Shown here: piece by piece, positions 57,768 to 64,000 of the stretch
Position numbering within the stretch: position 1 is the first letter of the stretch
Layout: every line of letters starts with the position of its first letter
DNA from: Patescibacteria group bacterium
GTDB taxonomy: Bacteria > Patescibacteriota > Patescibacteriia > UBA9934
Assembly: GCA_041660165.1 (NCBI GenBank)
Contig: JBAZWW010000001.1
Coordinates: 105,035-169,034, forward strand
Reading direction: 5' to 3'
DNA: 64,000 nt
Notes under the pieces: generated by a model
What the model was told of the DNA's origin: nothing
Seen by the model: the letters and a program-made list of their open reading frames with translations, nothing else
Databases searched by the model: none
Position numbers and translations under genes: made by a program

Positions 57768-60419
57768 ATGCCCCCCAACAATTTCACCAGCAAATCCCAA
57801 GAAGCTATTCAAGAAGCCCAAATCATCGCTCACGGGAGCGGTCAACAGGGCGTTGAGCCCATTCACCTGCTCTCCGCTCTTGTCTCTCAAGAAGATGGTT
57901 TTGTGGTAACCGTTCTCAAAAAGATGGAGGTCAGCCTGCCGGCGCTTCGGGCAGATATCGCCAGAGTAATGGATACGCTTCCCAAGATGCAATCGGTCGA
58001 GCGGAACCAAGGCGGGCCGGTCATGCTCACCCCTCCCCTAGCGCAAGCCCTCCAAGTGGCCACGCAAAAAGCCAAACAATTCGGTGATGAATATATTTCC
58101 ACGGAACACTTGTTCCTTGGCCTTATTGGCGACCGTTTACTGCATGAGCTTCTTTCGCTTCACAATATCCATGAAGAGCTGATTCTAACTTCGCTCAAAA
58201 CGTTGCGCGGATCCCAGCGCGTAGACTCTCCGGAGCCGGAAGCAAAATTCCAAGCCATCGAAAAGTACAGCCTAAATTTGACAGAACGCGCTCGGCACGG
58301 AAAATTGGATCCCATCATCGGACGCGATGAAGAAATCCGCCGAATAATGCAAGTCCTTTCCCGCCGAACAAAAAATAATCCGGTACTTATTGGCGAGGCC
58401 GGCGTAGGAAAAACATCGATCGTCGAGGGGCTGGCTCAACGAATTGTGGCCGGTGATGTGCCGGAAACGTTGCTCAACAAAGAAGTGGTGTCGCTTGATC
58501 TTGGCGCACTCATTGCCGGCACAAAATTCCGCGGAGAATTTGAGGAGCGTCTGAAAGCCGTTGTTAGAGAGATCCAAGAAGCGTCTGGCCGGTATATTTT
58601 GTTCATTGACGAACTTCACATGCTCGTTGGCGCTGGCAAAGCCGATGACTCGCCAATGGATGCCAGCAACATGTTAAAACCGGCGTTGGCCCGGGGAGAA
58701 CTGCGAGTGATTGGTGCAACCACCACGAAGGAATACCACAAACATATTGAAAAAGATCAGGCTCTCGAACGCCGTTTCCAGCCGATCTTCGTGAACGAGC
58801 CCTCGATCCCTGATGCCATTGCCATGCTTCGAGGCCTCAAAGAACGCTACGAACTCCACCATGGCGTGCGCATTAACGACGGCGCGGTAGTGGCGGCGGT
58901 TGAGCTATCCGCACGCTACATTTCCGATCGCCAGCTTCCAGACAAGGCCGTTGATCTGATTGACGAAGCGGCCTCAGCTTTACGCTTGCAAATCGAATCA
59001 ATGCCGGAAGAACTCGACAGATTCAAGCGCGAAGAAATGAGACTAGAAATCGAACGGCGAGCTTTGCAAAAAGAAGAAGACAAGGACTCGAAAACCCGCT
59101 TAAAGGAAATCGAGAAGGCGCTCGCTGACGTTAAAGAGAAAAAAGAAGCACTTGAGCTCAGATGGAAAGGCGAGAAAGATATTATCGGTTCTCTGCGAGA
59201 GAAAAAGAACGAACTCGACCGCCTTACGAGCGAGGCTGATTTTGAGGAACGTCGTGGCAACCTCGAGCGGGTTGCTGAGATTCGCTACGGCGAAATCCCC
59301 GCCATGCGGACCGAGCTTGAAAAACTCGACAATGAACTACGCAAATTCCAGGCTGAACGCGGGCTCCTAAAAGAAGTCATCTCGGAAGAAGACATTGCGC
59401 AGGTGGTGGCCCGCTGGACAAACATTCCTGTCTCAAAAATGCTTGAAAGCGAAATGATGAAGCTCATCCGCATGGAAGATGAGCTGAAGAAACGCGTGGT
59501 TGGCCAGGAAGAAGCCATCGTGGCCGTGAGCAATGCTCTCAGGCGCTCGCGGGCTGGCATCAGCGAGGAAAAGCGCCCCATCGGCTCCTTCATTTTCCTT
59601 GGTCCCACGGGCGTAGGTAAGACCGAGCTGGCCAAAGCACTGGCGGAGTTCATGTTTAATGACGAAAAGGCGCTCATCAGGCTAGACATGAGCGAATACA
59701 TGGAACGCCACAGCGTCAGTAAGATGATCGGTTCTCCGCCGGGGTATATCGGTTATGACGAGGGAGGCCAACTCACTGACATGGTTCGTCGTCATCCTTA
59801 TGCGGTCGTGTTGTTCGACGAGATAGAGAAGGCGCATCCTGACGTGTTCAATACGCTCCTCCAAATCCTCGACGACGGTCGGCTGACTGACGCCAAAGGA
59901 CGAGTGGTCAACTTCAAGAACACGATCATCATCATGACAAGCAATCTTGGATCCGAGGCTATTCTATCTAACGGCAAAGCCGGAGGCATTGGTTTCGGCA
60001 ATGCGACGAGCTCGGCAGAGGACGAAACGAAAACAAAAATCCTTGATCTCCTCAAAGAACAGTTCCGTCCTGAATTCCTGAACCGCGTAGATGACGTGAT
60101 TGTTTTCCACGCCTTAACCGAAGAGAACATTACTGGCGTGGTTGAGCTCCAGCTTGCACTCGTAGCCGATCGTCTCAAAGAAACCCGCGGAATCATTCTC
60201 AAAGTTACTGACCGAGCGAAAAAGTTGCTCGCCGAAAAAGGCTATGACCCGCACTACGGCGCCCGCCCGCTCAAGCGCGTCATCCAGCAGATGATTCTCA
60301 ATCCCGTCGCCATGAAAATAGTTTCCGGCGAGGTGAAAGAAGATGGCGTGGTAACAATCGATGCGAAAAACGAACTGATCGAGCTAAAGCTCAAGGCGCC
60401 ACTTGCGTACGCCAAATAA
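57768..60419 (+). CDS. clpB: ATP-dependent chaperone ClpB
   Basis: Two AAA+ modules ([16 protein letters not shown]) and an M-domain coiled coil. Confidence 0.95.
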   Translation: MPPNNFTSKSQEAIQEAQIIAHGSGQQGVEPIHLLSALVSQEDGFVVTVLKKMEVSLPALRADIARVMDTLPKMQSVERNQGGPVMLTPPLAQALQVATQKAKQFGDEYISTEHLFLGLIGDRLLHELLSLHNIHEELILTSLKTLRGSQRVDSPEPEAKFQAIEKYSLNLTERARHGKLDPIIGRDEEIRRIMQVLSRRTKNNPVLIGEAGVGKTSIVEGLAQRIVAGDVPETLLNKEVVSLDLGALIAGTKFRGEFEERLKAVVREIQEASGRYILFIDELHMLVGAGKADDSPMDASNMLKPALARGELRVIGATTTKEYHKHIEKDQALERRFQPIFVNEPSIPDAIAMLRGLKERYELHHGVRINDGAVVAAVELSARYISDRQLPDKAVDLIDEAASALRLQIESMPEELDRFKREEMRLEIERRALQKEEDKDSKTRLKEIEKALADVKEKKEALELRWKGEKDIIGSLREKKNELDRLTSEADFEERRGNLERVAEIRYGEIPAMRTELEKLDNELRKFQAERGLLKEVISEEDIAQVVARWTNIPVSKMLESEMMKLIRMEDELKKRVVGQEEAIVAVSNALRRSRAGISEEKRPIGSFIFLGPTGVGKTELAKALAEFMFNDEKALIRLDMSEYMERHSVSKMIGSPPGYIGYDEGGQLTDMVRRHPYAVVLFDEIEKAHPDVFNTLLQILDDGRLTDAKGRVVNFKNTIIIMTSNLGSEAILSNGKAGGIGFGNATSSAEDETKTKILDLLKEQFRPEFLNRVDDVIVFHALTEENITGVVELQLALVADRLKETRGIILKVTDRAKKLLAEKGYDPHYGARPLKRVIQQMILNPVAMKIVSGEVKEDGVVTIDAKNELIELKLKAPLAYAK

Positions 60420-60424
60420 ACAGA

Positions 60425-60456
60425 AAGAAAAAAGAGGCCCTGGGGAAGCCTCTTTT
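60425..60456. terminator. Bidirectional intrinsic terminator
   Basis: AGAGGC-cctggggaa-GCCTCT is flanked by A-runs and T-runs. Confidence 0.7.
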
Positions 60457-60460
60457 TTTG

Positions 60461-60790
60461 TTAGGTTGCTGGTTTGTATCTGAGACCATGGTTCATCCGA
60501 AACTTGTCAAGCTGTTCTTCAACGAATCCTTTTGAAGCCATTTGCGTATCTATTTTCTTGTCGATGTGATCTGCCCTGTTTTCAATCCGATCTACTTTAT
60601 CCTCGAGTCTATCTACCGTTACCTCGAGCTTATCAATTCGACTGTGGATAAGATCGAATTGTGGCATAAGCACATTTTCTAATGCAGAGTTAATGCCCCT
60701 ATCAATCATCAGAGGAACACGCTCGTCAATCGCTTTATAAACGACTTCCGTCACAATCCCCCTGATCTGCTGAAGATCCTGTTTGTTCAT
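60461..60790 (-). CDS. Hypothetical coiled-coil protein
   Basis: The KLEVTVDRLEDKVDRIENRADHIDKKID block is heptad-like. Confidence 0.4.
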   Translation of the reverse strand: MNKQDLQQIRGIVTEVVYKAIDERVPLMIDRGINSALENVLMPQFDLIHSRIDKLEVTVDRLEDKVDRIENRADHIDKKIDTQMASKGFVEEQLDKFRMNHGLRYKPAT

Positions 60791-60849
60791 ACAAACAACA
60801 CTAAGAATTATTCGCACAGTTCTGGGGAGTGATTACTATTCTATCACAC

Positions 60850-61656
60850 TCAATTCTGCCGAATATCCAAGCTATAAAGAGCCACCGCGTTGAGAGCGAA
60901 TATTTTCTCTTCAGCTTCGAAACCAAGATTCAAATCTTTAATCAGCTGAATGTGTTTATCAACAGGGCACATCGGCCAGTCCGAACCAAACAACACATTA
61001 GCTGGCTTGGCGAGAACTACTTTTTTTAGTACTTGGACAACCGCTTCCCAGCCGCCGGATGCTTTAACGACTTCGGGATCACCCATGGCTGAAATATCGT
61101 AATATATGTTCGGTTGATCTTTGGTGATGTCAAAACAGTATTGCATCTTCGGCCAATAGAAATGAGCCAGAACTATTTTGAGCCTTGGGTATTTCTCACA
61201 AAGTTCGACGGCGTATTTCGGATCATTGTATTTCGCGCACTCAATGTCGTCAGAGTTAATGCCAGTATGAATCACAACCGGAACATCGAACCTAACGCAT
61301 AACTCATAAATCGACGAACATCTTTCGTCTATCGGGTAAAATGGATCGTGTCCAGGAAATAATTTAATGGCACAAATTTCCTTGTTGGCAAGCGAAGCCT
61401 CGAGCTTTTGGATTTGTTCGTCACGATCATGAAATATGTTTATCGTCCCCATTGTAAACAGATGATCCTTATCGCGAACTAATTCCGGCAGCGTATTTAG
61501 ATCAGCACATTTTGGATTTGGCACGTTGTCAGGAATAACAATCGAATAACTGATCCCTTTATTTTTCATTGACGAAAGTAACTCAGTTTCTATACTTGTT
61601 AGCTCCCTCTTCTGATCACCGGAATACGAAATGTGTACGTGGCTATCGATAATCAT
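60850..61656 (-). CDS. Amidohydrolase-2 family TIM-barrel metal hydrolase
   Basis: IIDSHVHI metal-binding start. Confidence 0.7.
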   Translation of the reverse strand: MIIDSHVHISYSGDQKRELTSIETELLSSMKNKGISYSIVIPDNVPNPKCADLNTLPELVRDKDHLFTMGTINIFHDRDEQIQKLEASLANKEICAIKLFPGHDPFYPIDERCSSIYELCVRFDVPVVIHTGINSDDIECAKYNDPKYAVELCEKYPRLKIVLAHFYWPKMQYCFDITKDQPNIYYDISAMGDPEVVKASGGWEAVVQVLKKVVLAKPANVLFGSDWPMCPVDKHIQLIKDLNLGFEAEEKIFALNAVALYSLDIRQN

Positions 61657-61657
61657 A

Positions 61658-62770
61658 TTATTTTATTACACCACTCCCAACCGCCTCTTTAATGTTCTTG
61701 AACCCATCTCTTCGTAGTAGTTCCGCGAGGCCCTTGTTGATTTCGCCGATGGCTTGCGGACCTTGGAAAATCATGCCAGTAATCATTTGGACAAGTGAGG
61801 CGCCACGGCGTATTTTCTCGTAGGCGTCTTCAGCCGTAAAGATTCCGCCGGTGCCGATGATGACGAACCTATCGCCGGTTGTTTTGTACAGGTGCTCGAT
61901 GAGTGCGAGTGATGCGTCGACAGTTGGCTTGCCGCTAATTCCGCCCTTGTCGATGCCAGCAATTTCGGTTTGGTCGATTTCCGGCCGGTCGCGCTTCTTC
62001 GTTAGGTTCGACAAAATGATTCCGTGGACGCGATGGCGCTTGCAAACCTCTACCAAGCCATCGAGTTCACTGGTCGTCAAATCCGCCGGCATCTTGATGA
62101 AGATTGGTTTGCTGGTGGCAATCTTGTCGAGTTCGGTCATGAGTAACTCGAGGCGCTCCGGCGTGGTAAAAGGCTCTCCCCCGCACGTATTCGGACAACT
62201 TATGTTTATCGTAAAGTATTGTCCAATATCAACGAACGCCTTAAACGCTTTTACGTAGTCGGCGATTCCCGATTGAACCTCGACGGTCGACGAATCATTA
62301 GTCTTCGCGACGCTTATGCCGATCGGCAGCGGTAACTTTTCGTGCTTCAACTTCGCCGAAAGCAACTCTGCTCCATCATTCTTCAGCCCGTAATAGACAA
62401 CAAGTCCTTTGCTCTTTGGCAGTCTCCATAGTCGAGGTCTTGGATTCCCCGCGCACGGCTCCCCCGTGATAGAGCCAACTTCCTCAAAACCAAAACCTAC
62501 GGTCTCCATAACATTTGTCAACTGCGCGTTCTTATCAAAGCCGGCAGATAAACCAACGGGGTTCGCGAAATGTATTCCAAGAATATCCTGCTCCAGGATC
62601 GCATCGTCATACCGGTAATTCAGTCGCGCGAGCATCCGCAACGGCGCAACCGAACCAATCACTCGCCCAATCAATGAAAAACCGTCATGTACATCTTCCG
62701 GGTCGCGCTTAAAAATAATCGGCTTCAATATATTCTGATAACCCCAAGCCTGTAACTTCGTAGCGAACAT
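61658..62770 (-). CDS. pyrD: Dihydroorotate dehydrogenase (quinone-type)
   Basis: GFDKNAQ...FGFEEVGSITGEPCAGNPRPRLWRL and IIGTGGI motifs. Confidence 0.85.
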   Translation of the reverse strand: MFATKLQAWGYQNILKPIIFKRDPEDVHDGFSLIGRVIGSVAPLRMLARLNYRYDDAILEQDILGIHFANPVGLSAGFDKNAQLTNVMETVGFGFEEVGSITGEPCAGNPRPRLWRLPKSKGLVVYYGLKNDGAELLSAKLKHEKLPLPIGISVAKTNDSSTVEVQSGIADYVKAFKAFVDIGQYFTINISCPNTCGGEPFTTPERLELLMTELDKIATSKPIFIKMPADLTTSELDGLVEVCKRHRVHGIILSNLTKKRDRPEIDQTEIAGIDKGGISGKPTVDASLALIEHLYKTTGDRFVIIGTGGIFTAEDAYEKIRRGASLVQMITGMIFQGPQAIGEINKGLAELLRRDGFKNIKEAVGSGVIK

Positions 62771-62812
62771 AGAAAGAAAAGCACGAGCTGTTTAGGCTCG
62801 CGCTTTATTCAA

Positions 62813-63319
62813 CTAGGCTTTAGCTCTAGTAATCCCCTCGACAATCAACTTCTTAGCAGCTACGGCGTCTTGCCAGCCCTCTATCTTTGTCATCTTCTTC
62901 TCCAGGATCTTGTAGGACTCAAAGAAAAATGAAATCTCGTCCTTCATGTGTTGAGACACGTCGGCGAGGTCGTTCACGTGCTTGAAGCGTGGGTCGTCCT
63001 TCGCAACAGCGAGAATCTTCTCGTCCTGGCCTTTGTCGTCACTCATGACGAGGACACCGATCGGACGAACATCGACAGCTACACCTGGGAAGAGCGGATT
63101 CGACACGAGCACCAAGACGTCGAGCGGGTCTCCGTCTCCGCCGAGGGTCTCTGGAAAGAAACCATAATCAGCCGGATAGAACATGGGGGCGAACAACACT
63201 CGATCAAGCTTGATAATTCCCTGCTCTTTATCAAACTCGTACTTGTTCTGCGAGCCCTTTGGAACCTCGATAATTGCTTGACACACTTCTGGAGCTTTAG
63301 AACCAATGGAGAGTTTCAT
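62813..63319 (-). CDS. ppa: Inorganic pyrophosphatase, family I
   Basis: EVPKGSQNKYEFD and DGDPLDVLV motifs. The start is trimmed to the MKLSIGS ATG. Confidence 0.9.
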   Translation of the reverse strand: MKLSIGSKAPEVCQAIIEVPKGSQNKYEFDKEQGIIKLDRVLFAPMFYPADYGFFPETLGGDGDPLDVLVLVSNPLFPGVAVDVRPIGVLVMSDDKGQDEKILAVAKDDPRFKHVNDLADVSQHMKDEISFFFESYKILEKKMTKIEGWQDAVAAKKLIVEGITRAKA

Positions 63320-63332
63320 ACATTGAAAATGG

Positions 63333-63719
63333 TTAAAATGTAATGGGAACGGTAAGCGCGCCAGCATTTTCTGGCAAGCCCGATGGGTTGTCCTTCTCAA
63401 GAAGGAGCGTCCCGTGCGTGCCAGAAGCAGGCTGAACAAACTCAATCGTTGCAGTGAAGGGAACGAAATCCGTTGTCATCCAGTCACCGTCCGCATGTGC
63501 GGTAGAGGAACCAATCATCGTACCGTTCTCATCGAGTACCTTCACAGGGAACTGAGCTTCAAAAAAGAAACTGTCGACTGCTTCGCCCCTCAGAACGAGC
63601 GGGCTTGAGACCGGTTTTGACTCGTCAAAATTAGTGAGCCGTACAAGATTTGATCGATCTGCACAGCCAGCCCCAAACAGAGCGAGTCCGAGAGTAGCAA
63701 TGAGCATTTTCTTGAACAT
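63333..63719 (-). CDS. Small lipoprotein (lipobox LFGAGC)
   Basis: MFKKMLIATLGLALFGAGCADRS. Its architecture resembles the protein at 8848..9255. Confidence 0.5.
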   Translation of the reverse strand: MFKKMLIATLGLALFGAGCADRSNLVRLTNFDESKPVSSPLVLRGEAVDSFFFEAQFPVKVLDENGTMIGSSTAHADGDWMTTDFVPFTATIEFVQPASGTHGTLLLEKDNPSGLPENAGALTVPITF

Positions 63720-63767
63720 ATGGGACAAAGTGTACGGCAATCTGCAAATTTTGTATACTACCAGCGT

Positions 63768-64000
63768 ATGCAACATCCTAAAATGTTTGCTTTTTTGCTG
63801 GCAGTCGGTCTTCTTCTCTCCCCCGCCGGAAAAGCCCTCGCGTTTGATCCCAACTATATCCTATCAGATGATGATCTTAAGGATTCCTTCTCCATGGATC
63901 TCCCCCAGATTCAAGCCTTCTTATCAAGGGGCTTCCTTGGCGAGTATCGGACGGCCGATCAGAACGGAAACATTCGCAGTGCAGCCCAGATTATTTACAA
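63768..64000 (+). CDS. N-terminal fragment of a signal-peptide protein (3' end is outside the window)
   Basis: ATG at about 63768, MQHPKMFAFLLAVGLLLSPAGKALA... The reading frame runs open to the window edge. Confidence 0.3.
   Translation, partial: MQHPKMFAFLLAVGLLLSPAGKALAFDPNYILSDDDLKDSFSMDLPQIQAFLSRGFLGEYRTADQNGNIRSAAQIIY

Overview
The window reads as a compact, gene-dense bacterial chromosome segment of about 50% GC, mostly housekeeping genes. In order it carries: eno, a PIF1-type helicase, sanA, an ABC-F ATPase, a TspO homologue, pepA, a peroxiredoxin, rsmI, metG, cvpA, tatD, a complete F1Fo ATP-synthase operon (atpZ-like, B, E, F, a short H, A, G, D, C), uvrD/pcrA, mreBCD-mrdA, greA, lysS, serS, alr, an ftsQ-like gene, an envelope-sugar cluster, an M23 peptidase, gltX, clpB, pyrD and ppa. 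The many small hypothetical proteins, the truncated ATP-synthase delta subunit and the weak Shine-Dalgarno usage are compatible with a reduced-genome (CPR/Patescibacteria-like) organism, but that is inference only. No rRNA, tRNA or CRISPR array was recognised by eye.

Three things stand out.

1. A GC-elevated (~60%) island of about 2.9 kb lies at 9925-12822, between sanA and the ABC-F gene. It is made of small gene cassettes: a tautomerase-like protein, a 124-aa unknown, a tandem pair of diverged paralogous 110-113-aa proteins, and HigB/HigA. The cassettes are separated and bounded by five directly oriented copies of a structured repeat (GAAACACCCCGCC ... GGGGTGTTTC, then GCTGTGGCGGGG), each preceded by an AATTTGTACAAATT-type palindrome. 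No recombinase gene is in the window. The arrangement looks like an integron-cassette array without an integrase, or like tandemly accreted mini-islands, but it does not fit canonical attC sites.

2. A dispersed family of nested-palindrome repeats (70-160 bp, about 16 copies) is present. Its terminal inverted repeats are TCCCATCCCGAG...CTCGGGATGGGA, with compensated CCCACCCCGACG...CGTCGGGGTGGGA variants. Almost every copy sits immediately after a stop codon. One copy is inserted in-frame inside uvrD, and a short related hairpin unit lies in-frame inside tatD.

3. A 120-aa orphan ORF is flanked by 34-bp inverted copies of a short hairpin unit (GACCCTGACG..AGGGTCTAGAGGTGG), which looks like a mini-transposon carrying a passenger gene.

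Smaller observations: a conserved 33-bp AT-rich palindrome block occurs twice; a DinJ-like antitoxin is operon-coupled to an RBBP9/YdeN-type hydrolase instead of a RelE/YafQ toxin; a GC-rich 202-aa protein has an internal duplication; a 28-bp-stem hairpin lies between atpD and atpC; and greA has a promoter followed by a terminator-like leader. Coordinates of non-CDS features were counted by hand and may be off by a few bases.
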